Assembly (NCBI GenBank): GCA_028826165.1
Contig: JAPDFW010000058.1
Location: 515,175-579,174 of the forward strand
Origin: Anaeramoeba ignava BMAN
Lineage: Eukaryota; Protista; Anaeramoebae
Reading direction: 5' to 3'
Length of the DNA: 64,000 nt
In this document: one piece after another, positions 16,401 through 32,300 of the stretch
How the letters are laid out: every line of letters begins with the position of its first letter
Numbering within the stretch: position 1 is the first letter of the stretch
The notes under the pieces: generated by a model
The model's database searches: none
Seen by the model: the letters and a program-made list of their open reading frames with translations, nothing else
Told to the model about the DNA's origin: nothing
Translations under genes and position numbers: made by a program

Positions 16401-16738
16401 TTTTTACGAATTAATTCAACTGCAGTAGGATCAATATCATTAGCAACAATAAATTGGATTCCAGGAACCTCTTTAAAGTATCGAATAGATCGTAAACCAG
16501 TTGCAGAAAGAGCTTCTAAAATTTGAAGTCCTTTGAAATTCTCTCTTTTTCTTGTTTTAATTTTTTTTTGTTTAAGTTCTTCAGAAAGTAATTGTGAATA
16601 TGTTTCCAAAACAAGAACTGAAAAATCTCGATTAAATACTTGAACAGGATTATAGAACACAGAATTGTTTTTAGGAAATTCAATCTTACACAATCCTTCT
16701 TCTATAATTTTAAAATCATCTTCATTTTTACCAGCCAT
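13470..16738 (-). CDS. TRM1: tRNA (guanine26-N2,N2)-dimethyltransferase; exons 16738-16341 and 14826-13470
   Basis: VFYNPVQVFNRDFS, ILEALSATGLRSIRY, ANDID, FDVIDLDPYGS, GGLMCVTCTD, HENALRI, GGPIW, SHC..NVIKTNAP, NPEKNWGPK. Phase-2 intron 16340-14827. Confidence 0.95.
14845..16330. repeat. (AAAATATT)n-type degenerate 8-9 bp microsatellite filling the TRM1 intron
   Basis: ~1.5 kb composed almost entirely of aaaatatt/aaattatt/aaaatat units. Confidence 0.95.
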
Positions 16739-17020
16739 TTTTTAAATATTTTTTTTTTAAAATGAAAAATGAAAAATGAAAAAAAATGAAAAATAATTTT
16801 TTTTGATTTTATTGTTCAGAAGAAAAAAGAAAATGAAAAATGAAAAAGAAACAAAGAAAATGAAAAAGAAACAAAGAAAATGAAACAAAGAAAATATTAC
16901 GAAAAGGAAAAAAACAAAAATTCATTTGAATTTACATGAATTGAAAAAAGAATCTAAAATTTCAATTCAAAATAATCATTTAAATTCAATTCATTTAAAT
17001 TCAATTCAATTCAATTCAAT

Positions 17021-19394
<2,374 letters not shown>

Positions 19395-19829
19395 TTTGTT
19401 TGTTTTATATTTTATTTGGTTTTTTTTTTTTGTGTGTTAAAATGAAAAAAAAAAGTGTGAAAAAAATTTTAAAAAGTGAAGAAAAAAAATGATCTTTTGT
19501 TTTATTAAAAAAAAATTTTTTTTACTTATTTTTTTAAAAGTAAAATAAAATGGCAAATTAGTTTAAAAAGAAAAAGAAAAAAAAAGGAAAAAAAAATTTT
19601 AATGGAATTTTTATTTTAAAAAATTTAATTCAATCTATCAAGCAAATAACAAAATGATAGGTTGAATAAATTTTAAATAATTTCTAATTATTATTGTTAT
19701 TTAATTATTATTAAAAATATTGCAAAAAAATTGATCAAAAAGGAGAAAATCAATAAGAAATTTTTGTGGAATTTTTGTTTTAAAAAAGTAATTTGAAAAG
19801 ACGAAGCAAATGAAAAAATAATATATTAA

Positions 19830-21870
19830 CTAAATTTAAAACAATTTCATAATTAAGTATTAATTAATTATAATTAAAAATAATGAAATAAAATTAATTA
19901 AAAAATTGAAAATAATTTAATATAAATTTATCTTTATTTTTAATAATAAAATTAAAAATTAATATTATAATTATTAATAAATAATAAATTTAAAATAATT
20001 TATTAATCTATTATTAATTAAATATTATTAAAAATATTGAAATAAAATTAATTAAAAATTGAAAATAATTTAATATTAATTTATCTTTATTTTTAATAAT
20101 AAATTTAGAAATTAATATTATAATTATTAATAAATAATAAATTTAAAAATAATTTCATAATTAATTATTAATTAAATATAATTAAAAATAATGAAATAAA
20201 ATTAATTAAAAATTGAAAATAATTTAATATAAATTTATCTTTATTTTTAATAATAAAATTAAAAATTAATATTATAATTATTAATAAATAATAAATTTAA
20301 AATAATTTATTAATCTATTATTAATTAATTATTATTAAAAATAATGAAATAAAATTAATTAAAAATTGAAAATAATTTAATATAAATTTATCTTAATTTT
20401 TAATAATAAATTTAAAAATTATTATTATAATTATTAATAAATAATAAATTTAAAAACAATTTCATAATTAAGTATTAATTAAATATAATTAAAAATAATG
20501 AAATAAAATTAATTAAAAATTGAAAATAATTTAATATAAATTTATCTTTGTTTTTAATAATAAAATTAAAAATTAATATTATAATTATTAATAAATAATA
20601 AATTTAAAGTAATTTATTAATCTAATATTAATTAATTATAATTAAAAATAATGAAATAAAATTAATTAAAAATTGAAAATAATTTAATATAAATTTATCT
20701 TTAATTTTTAATAATAAATTTAAAATTATTATTATAATTATTAATAAATAATAAATTTAAAATAATTTCATAATTAATTATTAATTAAATATAATTAAAA
20801 ATAATGAAATAAAATTAATTAAAAATTGAAAATAATTTAATATAAATTTATCTTTATTTTTAATAATAAATTTAAAAATTAATATTATAATTATTAATAA
20901 ATAATAAATTTAAAGTAATTTATTAATCTAATATTAATTAAATATAATTAAAAATAATGAAATAAAATTAATTAAAAATTGAAAATAATTTAATATAAAT
21001 TTATCTTTGTTTTTAATAATAAATTTAAAAATTAATAATATAATTATTAATAAATAATAAATTTAAAACAATTTCATAATTAAGTATTAATTAAATATAA
21101 TTAAAAATAATGAAATAAAATTAATTAAAAATTGAAAATAATTTAATATAAATTTATCTTTGTTTTTAATAATAAATTTAAAAATTGATATTATAATTAT
21201 TAATAAATAATAAATTTAAAACAATTTATTAATCTATTATTAATTAAATATAATTAAAAATAATGAAATAAAATTAATTAAAAATTGAAAATAATTTAAT
21301 ATAAATTTATCTTAATTTTTAATAATAAATTTAAAAATTAATATTATAATTATTAATAAATAATAAATTTAAAATAATTTCATAATTAATTATTAATTAA
21401 ATATAATTAAAAATAATGAAATAAAATTAATTAAAAATTGAAAATAATTTAATATAAATTTATCTTTATTTTTAATAATAAATTTAAAAATTAATATTAT
21501 AATTATTAATAAATAATAAATTTAAAATAATTTATTAATCAATTATTAATTAAATATAATTAAAAATAATGAAATAAAATTAATTAAAAATTGAAAATAA
21601 TTTAATATAAATTTATCTTTGTTTTTAATAATAAATTTAAAAATTGATATTATAATTATTAATAAATAATAAATTTAAAACAATTTATTAATCTTAATAT
21701 TAATTAATTATAATTAAAAATATTGAAATAAAATTAATTAAAAAATTGAAAATAATTTAATATAAATTTATCTTTGTTTTTAATAATAAAATTAAAAATT
21801 AATATTATAATTATTAATAAATAATAAATTTAAAATAATTTATTAATCTATTTATTAATTAAATGTTATT
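19830..21870. repeat. ~153-bp minisatellite, ~13 copies, between divergent genes
   Basis: 'aaattgaaaataatttaatataaatttatctt' recurs every ~152-155 nt (e.g. ~19905, 20057, 20211, 20364 ... 21745). Confidence 0.92.
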
Positions 21871-21989
21871 AAAAATATTAAAAAGGAGAAAAAAACGTTT
21901 TCATTTTTTTCATTTTTTTCATTTTCATTTTCAATTTTCATTTCTTTTTTTCAATATAAAATTATTTAAAATAAAAAAACAAAATAAAA

Positions 21990-22412
21990 ATGAATGCAGA
22001 ACAAGAACCATTTTTAGGAGATGATGGAGAACCAAATATATCAAGCGATGATTTTTTTATAGATGATTCAAAAATATTTCCAAATAATCAAGCAATAGGA
22101 GAAACAGGAAGAGAAAAAAGAATAAGAACAAAATTATCGCATCCAAGAACATTTAGAGAAGTTCTTGAAAGCGAAGAATTACGAGATAAAAAAAAAACCG
22201 TTATAATTGTTTTATTTGTTTTTTTATTTGGCCTCATTTTGTTTTTTGTTAGTTTTGGCATTTGGAAAAAATCTGCAAGTCAAGGTTTAGGCGTTTTTAT
22301 TGTTGCTTTGCTACTTATGGTTGCTGGTGGTTATTATCTTTTTTATATTTATAAAGCTATTCGTGGTGAATCTGGTTTCCAATTTGAAGAAATTCCAAAT
22401 TTTGAAAATTAA
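21990..22412 (+). CDS. TMEM230/TMEM134-family two-TM protein
   Basis: Two hydrophobic helices followed by GGYYLFYIYKAIRGESGFQFEEIPNFE (cf. TMEM230 [29 protein letters not shown]). Confidence 0.8.
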   Translation: MNAEQEPFLGDDGEPNISSDDFFIDDSKIFPNNQAIGETGREKRIRTKLSHPRTFREVLESEELRDKKKTVIIVLFVFLFGLILFFVSFGIWKKSASQGLGVFIVALLLMVAGGYYLFYIYKAIRGESGFQFEEIPNFEN

Positions 22413-22555
22413 TTTTCTTTTATTTTTTCTTTTTTTTGATTTTTGATTGAAAATTTTTTCATTCAATTTTTTTTTAGAATTATTCATTTTTCAAAAAAAA
22501 ATAAAGGAAATGAATAATCAAAATTTCATTTTTTTCATTTTTTTTCTTTTCAAAA

Positions 22556-24346
22556 ATGAATGATTGTTTATTTTTTGGTTGGAATAAATTACCAAAACTT
22601 ATCAAAAATGAACCAGAAAAAATAACAAAACCAATTCAATTTAAATTTGAAAATGAAAATGAAAATGAAAAACAAATTAAACAAATTTCAACAGGAGAAT
22701 TATCAACAATTTTCCTTTTCAAAAATGGAAAAGCAATAGAATATTTAAGTAAAAATGATTCAAAACAAAATCCTTCAAAAATTCAAATTGAAGAAAATAT
22801 TCAAAAAGTATCTGTTGGTTCTCGAAATGAAGCTATTTTAACAATAGAAGGAAATGTATTTGCAAAAGGAGAAGATATTAATCCAGAAAATCCAAATAAA
22901 TTTATCAATATTTCATCATTAATTGAAGATACAACTGATAGAATAATTGAAGATATTGTTTCTGGATTCAATTCAATTTACTTATTAACTTCAAATCAAA
23001 ATGCTTATGGAATTGGTTCAAATCAATTTGCTCAACTTGGTTTTTATTCTAGAACACTTAAAAAAACACAAAAACCAATTTTAATGATGAAAAATGTTTC
23101 TAAAATATTTTCAGGAAATTCTTCTGAATGCGTTTTTCTTTTAAATTCAAATCAAGAATTATTTGGATCTGGAAATAACGATTATGGTAAATTTGGATTA
23201 GGAGAATCAATGGAAGAAGAAGAAATCCAAAAATTAATCAAAATCCAAAATATTCCAAAAGGCAAAATAATCGATATTCAAAGTGGAGATTATCATTCAA
23301 TAATGTTGATTGAAAATGAAAATGAAAATGAAAATCCAAAAAGAAAACTTTATTCATGTGGATTTTGGGAATGTAATGGACTTGGAAAAAATGAAACTAC
23401 TTATGAATTTACTGAAATCAAATCATCTTTATTTGATAATGATGATAATATTCTTGATTTTTCTGTTGGTTATAATCATACTTTGATTTTAACTTCTAAT
23501 TCAAAATTAATAGGATTTGGATTTAATAATTTAGGTCAATTAGGAACTGGAGATACAGATGAAATAAAATTAAACTCATTTCAAATTGAACTTCCTAAAT
23601 TAAGATTTAATGAATATATTTCTAATTATCATATTTCTTGTGGATATCAAAAATCATTTCTTTATTATTCTCCTTTTCTTTCCAATCTTGAAGAAGATTT
23701 GATAAAATTATTTAAAAGAAAAGAATTTTGTGACATTTCATTTAAAACAGAAAATGGAGAAATAATTGAAGCTCATAAATTAATATTGAAATATAGATTA
23801 AATCAAAATGAAAATCAAATTGAAAAACTTCAAGAAATTATTTCAAGAAAATCAATTAAAGAATCAAATCAAATATTTGAAATGATTTATTCAAATAATT
23901 CCAAAATAAATCCAAAATTATATTATGAAATTAAAGAAATTATAAATTTAAATGAAAAAATTGAAGAAACAATGAAAAGAATTTATTTAAATGAAAACGA
24001 AAATGAAAATGAAAAAGATTTTATAATTGAAAGAAAAGAAAAACAATATAAATTTCCCAAAATAATATTAATAATGAGAAGTGAATTATATCGAGGAATG
24101 TTTTTATCTGTAACTGAAGATAAATCAAATAAAGTTACAGATTATAGTGAATTAAGTAATAAATCATTTCAATTATTTGAATATTGGATTTATTCAAATC
24201 AAATTAAAGATGAAATTCAAATTACACAACAAATTATTGATGAAATTGAAACTGGAATTGATTATTTCCAATTAAATCAAACATATCCAAATTTATTTGA
24301 TTTATTAATTAACAAATTTAATAATCAAAATCAAAATTTAAATTAA
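22556..24346 (+). CDS. RCC1-repeat propeller + C-terminal BTB-like protein (copy A)
   Basis: RCC1 motifs GSNQFAQLG, IQSGDYHS, VGYNHTLIL, GFNNLGQLGTG. BTB-like FCDISF...IEAHKLILKYR and KDFIIE...PKIILIMRSELYRGMF. Intronless. Confidence 0.88.
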   Translation: MNDCLFFGWNKLPKLIKNEPEKITKPIQFKFENENENEKQIKQISTGELSTIFLFKNGKAIEYLSKNDSKQNPSKIQIEENIQKVSVGSRNEAILTIEGNVFAKGEDINPENPNKFINISSLIEDTTDRIIEDIVSGFNSIYLLTSNQNAYGIGSNQFAQLGFYSRTLKKTQKPILMMKNVSKIFSGNSSECVFLLNSNQELFGSGNNDYGKFGLGESMEEEEIQKLIKIQNIPKGKIIDIQSGDYHSIMLIENENENENPKRKLYSCGFWECNGLGKNETTYEFTEIKSSLFDNDDNILDFSVGYNHTLILTSNSKLIGFGFNNLGQLGTGDTDEIKLNSFQIELPKLRFNEYISNYHISCGYQKSFLYYSPFLSNLEEDLIKLFKRKEFCDISFKTENGEIIEAHKLILKYRLNQNENQIEKLQEIISRKSIKESNQIFEMIYSNNSKINPKLYYEIKEIINLNEKIEETMKRIYLNENENENEKDFIIERKEKQYKFPKIILIMRSELYRGMFLSVTEDKSNKVTDYSELSNKSFQLFEYWIYSNQIKDEIQITQQIIDEIETGIDYFQLNQTYPNLFDLLINKFNNQNQNLN

Positions 24347-24631
24347 AATTAAAATTAAAATAATTAAAATTAAAATTAAAATAATTAAAATTAAAATTAA
24401 ATTTTAAAATTAAAATTAAAATTTAAATTAAAATTTAAATTAAAATTAAAATTTAAAATTAAAATTCATTTATAAAATTAAAATTTAAAATTAAAATTAA
24501 AATTAAAATTAAAATTAAAATTAAAATTAAAATTAAAATTAAAATTAAAAAGTGGATCAAATAATTTTTCATTTTTCATTTTTCATTTTTCATTTTTTTC
24601 ATTTTTTCATTTTTGTTGAAAAACTAAAATA

Positions 24632-27600
24632 ATGTCAGAAAGAAATCGAGGAAATGATGAAACAAGAAATAGAACTGTTATTATAGTCCAAAGACAACAA
24701 GAACCAACAGAACTTGAAACATTATTTGAATTTTTCCGAACATTTCACAACCATTTGAATCATTCTAATGAACACAATCACATATCAACTAATCAAAAGT
24801 ATATAAAAATTTATTATTAAAATTGAAAAATCGAAAAAACATATAAAATGATATAATTAAAAAATCCTTCATTATTATATTTTCAATAAAGCGCGCCAAT
24901 ACAACAAAATATAAATAGAATTTCTCAACCAGAAAATTCGAACACACAAGAAATATCTCAACAATTAAAACCAACAGAAGAAAAAGAAATGATCAAATTG
25001 ATCATCAAAACACTTGGTAAATTAGGATATAAAAAATCAGCAAAAAAACTAGAAAAAGAATCAGGAATTCAAGCAGAACATAAAATTATGGTTCTCTTCA
25101 GGCAAAAAATTATTGAGGGAAAATGGAATGATGCAATTTTTATTGCAGAAAATTTTTTAATTTCAAATCCTTTAGAATTGTCAAAAACAAAGTATTTAAT
25201 TTATAAGCAAAAAATGAAAGAATTGGCAAGTAAATCGAGGAATCAAGAAGCTATTTATTGTCTTCAAAAGGAAATTAGTCCAAATATCGATTCTTGGCAA
25301 CAAAAAAAAACAGCAAAAATTCTTTTGGAGCATTCAATCAAAAATATAAATCAAAATATAAATGAAAATATAAATGAAAATATAAATGAAAATATAAATG
25401 AAAATATAAATGAAAATATAAATACAAATACAAATCAAAATATAAATCAAAATATAAATCAAAATATAAATCAAAATACAAATGAAAATACAAATGAAAA
25501 TACAAATGAAAATACAAATCAAAATATAAATCAAAATACAAATGAAAATACAAATCAAAATATAAATCAAAATATAAATCAAAATATAAATCAAAATATA
25601 AATGAAAATATAAATCAAAATATAAATCAAAATACAAATCAAAATATAAATCAAAATACAAATGAAAATACAAATCAAAATATAAATGAAAATACAAATG
25701 AAAATATAAACCAAAATACAAATGAAAAGAAAACTCATTCCACAAGAAAAAAAAGAAAGAAAAATATTAAAAATGATGGATATCAAATAAAAAATCATAA
25801 ACACAACAAGAAATCAAATTCAAATTCAAAATCAAATTCAAAATCAGAAAAAAATTCAAAATCAGAAAAAAATTCAAATTCAAATTCAAAATCAAATTCA
25901 AAATCAAATTCAAATTTAAATTCAAATTCAAATTCAGAATCAGAAAAAAATTCAAAATCAGAAAAAAATTCAAATTCAAATCCAAATCCAAATTCAAATT
26001 CAAATTCAAATTTAAATTTAAATTCAAATTCAAATTCAAATTCAAATTCAAATTCAAATTCAAATTCAAATTCAAATTTAAATTCAAAATCAAATTCAAA
26101 TTCAAATTCAAATTCAAATTTAAAATCAAATTTAAAATCAAATCCAAATTCAAAATCAAATTCAAATCCAAATTCAAATTCAAATTCAAATTCAAAATCA
26201 AATTTAAAATCAAATCCAAATTCAAAATCAAATTCAAATTTAAATCCAAATTCAAATTCAAATTCAAAATCAAATTCAAATTCAAATTCAAATCCAAATT
26301 CAAATTCAAAATCAAAATCAAATTTAAAATCAAATTCAAATTTAAATAAATCAAATAAAGAACAAGAAGTTGATAAAGAAACCCAAGAAGCAAGAAAAAA
26401 ATTATTTCACAAAATCCAAGAAATGATACCAAAAGTTATAACAACATCAGAAAATCGATTGATTGAGATACTTCTTTCAAATTTAGAAGGACAAAAACTT
26501 CGAATTTCATCAAGATCCAAGGATTTAACTGAACAAATACCACCAACTTTACTGGAATCATTTCCTTTAGAAATTCCCAAACATATGTTTCCAAGTACTG
26601 ATTGTTTAACAATTTGCGAGCATAATCAAGAAATAACAGCACTTGATTTTTCACATGACGGAAAATATTTGGCAACAGTTTCTCGAGATGGTTTTTGCAA
26701 TGTTTATCAGATTTTTGATTATACTTTTATAAAGAAATCTAAATTTTCCACAAATTTCCTTCCTTTTATTGATTGCAAGTTTTCAAATAATCCACTATTT
26801 AGTTATTTAATGACTTTAAATGAGGATGGATTGATTTCAATTTGGGATGTTAAATCAAATCAATTAATATCTCAATTTTGGTGTATAAACAATTCAAAAA
26901 ATCACACTAAAAATTTGGAAAAAATACAAAATTCTATTGAGATTTGTAATAAGAAATGTGGTGTTCCTTCAGTAGATATTGATGATATTGATGATAATTT
27001 TAATGATAATGATATTTGTGATCAAGAAAAGAAAGGAAAAAATTCAAAAAATTCAAACAATTCAAAAAATTTAGATAATTCAAAAAATACAAAAAATTCA
27101 AAAAATTCAAAAAATTCAAAAAATTCAAACAATTCAAAAGATTTAGATAATTCAAAAAATTCAAACAATTTAGAAAATTCAAACAATTTAGAAAATTCAA
27201 AAAATAATAGAAATGAAAATAAGGAAAATTTTTTACATTTTAAAAACATGTATTATTCAACAAAAACCAAAACAAACCGTACAAATTTTTACTGGAATCG
27301 AAACAGATTAATGCCCAAATATGAAAACACCAACAAAAACATACATAAAAAACCCCAAAGCGCACCAAAATGCATTTGGCTTGATGAAAAAGAGAAGAAA
27401 ATATTAACAACATCAGAAAAAACAAGCGAAATCATTGTTTGGAATTATGAAAAAAAAGAGATCATAATACGAATAGATTTTGAATCGACAACAGTAGTTG
27501 ATATTGGAATTTCAACGCATTTAGGAGGAGTTTTAGTGGCAATAAATAATCCATCAGAAGTTTACCAATTGGATCTTGAAAAATTAAAACAAGGAAATCA

Positions 27601-28075
27601 ATCAATTTTACAAACAATTAAATTCTCAAGTGAAATTTCATCAATATCAGTCTCAGATAACGGAAAATTCTGTTTAGTAAATAAAAAAAACAGCAAGATC
27701 AAACACTTGGATTTAAGTGATGGATTAAAAAGAAGAAGGACTTTTTACGATGAACAGTCTCCAAAAAATCAAAACATTAAGGCGTGTTATATCGGTTCAA
27801 GAAACCGTTTTATTGCAAGAGGAATTGATACTGATATAGCCATTTGGGAGACTAAATTTGATGGCGAGCCCTTGAATTTCATTGCTGGTAATCGTTCTCA
27901 AATCAAGTGCATTGCCAAAAATCCTATTTCTTCTTCCCAAATACCTCATATGATGGCTTCAGGTGGTTCGTTAGGTGATGTTAAGATTTGGATTTCTCAA
28001 CCTTTTAGAAGAGTTTTATCTGATGAAATGTTTTCCAAAATTGAGAATTTTGATCCAAAAAAAGATCTTAAATAA
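24632..28075 (+). CDS. WDR26: WDR26/GID7-like LisH-CTLH-WD40 protein (CTLH/GID E3 subunit) with long N/S-rich insertions; intron 24799..24918 (or ..24891)
   Basis: LisH EMIKLIIKTLGKLGYKKSAKKLEKESGI, CTLH FRQKIIEGKWNDAI, WD40 HNQEITALDFSHDGKYLATVSRD and MMASGGSLGDVKIW. Exon 1 24632-24798 splices in frame to either acceptor. Confidence 0.8.
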
Positions 28076-28259
28076 TTAAATAAGAAAAACAAATATTTTT
28101 TTTTTATAAAAAGAAAATTTTTTTAAATATTAAAAATCAAAAATCAAAAATCATTTTTTTCATTTTTATAAAATAAAATTAAAATTAAATTAAATCAAAA
28201 TTAAAATTAAAATAAAATCAAATTAAATTTAAATCAAATTAAATCAAAATTCAAATTAA

Positions 28260-29128
28260 ATGGATCAAACACAAAAACAATATTATGCAAAAAAAACAGA
28301 AGAACAAATAAAACGAACACAAAAAGTTGGATTTGAAAGAAACACAATTCAATATCGAGGAGAAGAATCAGTACAAAAAGATGGTTCAGGATATTCAAGA
28401 ATTAAGAAACTAAGAAGTTCAACAGAAACAAGTGAAAAAGGTAATTTTGAAAAGGAATTTGAAGCTACTCAAAGAATTCTTCAGGATCTCTTGTGGATTT
28501 TCAAGCACAATCCTCAAAAATTAGCTCCACTTAAAGATATAACTCGACCTGTTATTGAAACTATGCAAACTGGTTCTAAAAAAAATTTTTTTGTTAATTT
28601 GAGTTTTTCTCATGATTTTGATTCAAATTTTTCTCATATTTCTCATGATTTATTTAAAAATAATTTGGATAAGATTAATGAATTTGAAGATATTACTTCT
28701 ATGGAAATTATAAGTAATAGAAGAAGATGTGATAAACCTTTTATGTGTAATTCTACTTGGTAATTTATTTAATTAAATATAAAATATAAAATATTTAAAT
28801 ATTATTAATCTGTTTTTAATTATAGTGATACAATTTTTAATCCAGATAAATATTTACATCGTTTTCATGGAAAAGAACAATTTAAAGAAAAACCTAAATT
28901 TGAAAATCCAACATGTCAATGTGAACTTCTTCAAAAACCAAAAGTAAATTAAAATTAAAATTTAAATTAAAATTTAAAATTAAAATTTAAATTAAAATCT
29001 TTATTTAATTTTTAAAAAAATATAAAAATAAAAAGCCAATCGATTTTAATATTAAAAATGAACAACAACTTTGTCAAGTTTTACAAAAAAAATTAAAAAA
29101 AATGAGAACAAAAAGAAAAATAAATTGA
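28260..29128 (+). CDS. Hypothetical protein with small Cys-rich C-terminal region; exons 28260-28759, 28826-28943, probably 29036-29128 (alternative stop 28952)
   Basis: ORF plus GT-AG introns give RRCDKPFMCNSTCDTIFNPDKYLHRFH...PTCQCELL. No family recognised. Confidence 0.6.
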
Positions 29129-29373
29129 AATTAAAATTAAAATTGAAATTAAAATTAAAATTATTTTTGATTTTTTTTTTATTAAACTGTTCCAAAAAGT
29201 ACCAAAAAAAAAAAAAGAAGTCCAAGTAAAAAAATCAAGTAAAAAAGTAAAAAGAAAAAAGTGAAAAGAAAAAAAAAACAAAAGCAAAAAAACCACTTGC
29301 TTAAATCGGAAAAAAAAAAGAAAAGAAAAAGAATGAAAAAAAGAAAGAAGAAAGAAGAAAGAAAGAAAGAGAA

Positions 29374-32300
29374 TCAAATATCCAAATCATCAATAATGTT
29401 ATCATCATAATAACGAGAATTAGCAGTTTTTTGAGGTTTTGCTTGTTGAGTTGTAGTTTGAGCGGTTTTATTTGGAGCCAAACTAGAACGACTTCCATAT
29501 ATGGATGACATTGAAAGGTGTTTCATTTGGTAATCAGTTTGACCTTTACGCCATTTGATGTTTGTTTTTGTTGAAGGTAAAATATCTTCGACTTTGACAT
29601 CTTCGTTACTTTTTCTTCTTTTGATATAAAAGACGCCGCCTACAATTAAAGCAGCACCAGCGAGTCCACCGATGATTCCACCAGCAATAGCACCAGCGTT
29701 TGTGCTGCTTCCGCTGTCTGTAGCAGGAGGTTGAGGAGATGTGCCGTTGATGATAGTTTTGACAGAATTGTTTGCGGCGAAATTTGACATATGATTGCAA
29801 GAACATAAGACATTAGCATTTCCTGGGTCAGTTAAAAAGCAACCATCTGATGACCACATTGAGCTACTCTCTTCCCAGCTCATACAGTTATACTGGTATT
29901 CCGAGCTGTTGAATTCTCCTTTTTTCGGGATATAAATGCCGAAAACGTTGTTCAAGTCTTTAAAATCCATAGCATTTCCGTTACAGTCCCAAAATGTGAC
30001 TTGCTTTACGCCGGTATAAAGTTGCAAACTTGATTCTGCGGCGAATGGATTGATGCCGAAATCCACAATGGAGATCATGAATGTGTCGCAACTTCCCAAC
30101 TTGTATGCAATCGCTGGGAAAAGAGATGTTGAAATTTCCAGTTGGTTCATCAGCGTTATGCCCGAGTATGTTGTGAACGATGTAGCATAAGTTGTAATTG
30201 ATGTATTGCTAGACTGATATGTTGTGCTTGAGAAAATTTGTGCTGAATTTCCGCTAATTTTTGCCATGCTTTGAAGAAATCCTGACAAGCTCTGAATAAT
30301 TGAGGATGTATCAAATTCTTGCACAATAGCAAGGATCTGTTGTAACGTATCAAAAAGCCCCATGTCAATTTCGTCTTTCATCTCATTTCCTAATTCTTGG
30401 AGATAGTTGGCTGCGTCAATCGCAGTTGTCTTTGCTGTGGCTGTCAATGTCGTTGTGTTTTTCAAAAGCTTATTCAAAATATATGCCAATGCTCTCATCT
30501 CTTCTTTGCAAGTAACGTCAATTATTCCACTCACTGTCTTGTTGTAGTTGTCAAGAAGCTTCTCGTAAACAGTTTCGTTGAGTTCGTATTGATCGGCAAA
30601 TCCGACGGCAAGAAGAAGTTTCATTCTTGCGGCGCCAAAGTCGGAATTGGTGATTGAAACGCTCATGTCGTTGTCAATGAAATCGAGAATGAAATCATCT
30701 GGAGATGCTTGTGTCTCTGTCGAGTTGGCATTGATTTCAACTTCGACCATAGAATCGGCGGTTAAAATTCCGGCATAAACTTTTTCCACTCCCGGCGGAA
30801 CAAAAGTGCGGAAACTGGATTGTGTCAAAAGATTTGAAAGAGGGATCATTTTCTCGCCGTCTTTTATGTAGAAAATATAATTCAGTTCCTGTCCCATTGG
30901 TGCAACCCAATTCTCGCAAATGAAGGTGAAATTGGTGCTAAATGAGTCTCCTGAGGCTGGAGCACCTGAGCAAATTCCCCCAACGGCTGGAGGAGCAGTC
31001 GTGAATTTGATTGGAATCGAGCCCATTATGTCATAGCCTGAAGAAGTAGTACTGAAATCGAGTCTAAATTCATAAGTCTCACTTGCGTTGAATGTGTTCG
31101 CTGGGAAGACAATACCGCCTTCCGTTTTTGTAACGCCGTTTCCGGAGAAATCATATTTCCCGTCAACTGAAACCCATGTCAATGTAAAATGGTTTTCAAT
31201 GTCACTTATAAACTGTCCATCAAATCTCGCCATCAATGTCAATGTGTTTGATGCGTCTGCTGGATATGACATCATTTTGATTATTCCATTCGCTTGACTG
31301 TCATCAACAACCTGCACAAATCCGAATACTGTCAGTGATTCGCGCGAGTCGTTGGTTGTCACAACAAGACTGATGTAGTATCTTCCCAAAGAAAGTAAGT
31401 TTGCTGGCAATGTCAAGTATGAGTTTGTCAATGTCATCAATTGGCATGGATTGCCTTGGTCATCCTCGCAAGTCCATTTGTATGTCATTGGCATCCCGGC
31501 TGGATCTGAAGAATCCGATCCATCAATTGTAAGAGAATCTGATGCGTGGATTGTAACAAATTGTGGGGTCATAACAGCTATTGGAACTGGATCCTCAATA
31601 AAAACAGTGACAGTTGAAGTTGTTGATCCGGATACTTGGACAGTGACATCATACGAAGCTAAATTCAATCCTGTTGTGTTAAATCTCAATTCGGGAAAGG
31701 TGTCAACGCCAGATATGTCAACGCCTGCCATTGTCCATTGATAACTATAAGATCCTGAATTTCCGCAATTAGAGACTATCGCTTGTAAGATAAGAGTATC
31801 TCCCCGTTTGACTCTGAGTGAGCCTGCAATCCCAACGCTTATAGCAGGTGTTGAGGGAATATTCAACGAAAATCCAGTTGATTGATTATTTTCCATTATG
31901 AAGTTTGCCAGTTCAAGTGTAAAATTATAATAACAATCCGTTTCGAGCTCTGAATATGGAATATCGACAAGGAGATCACCTTGACTTGAAGCTATATCGA
32001 GGATGGTATCAATATTTGCCGTACTAGAGCAATCAGAAGAAAGAGACCAAACAACGTTTTTGAATTTTCTGCCAACAGCACCAGTTGATCCAGTTGCGTC
32101 GAGATAAAGATTCTCGCATGTGTTTCCTAGTGTTTCAGCCCAAAAAACTGGCACAGCTTGTTCAGGATTATCTGCTGCTTCGATTGTGAAAGATTTTCCT
32201 GATAAGTTTAGCCATGTGTAAGTGGTAAGTCTTATGTTTGTTGTGAATCCTATTGCAGTTCCTACTGTAAAGTCTGAATCGTATCCTAATTCTACTTCTA

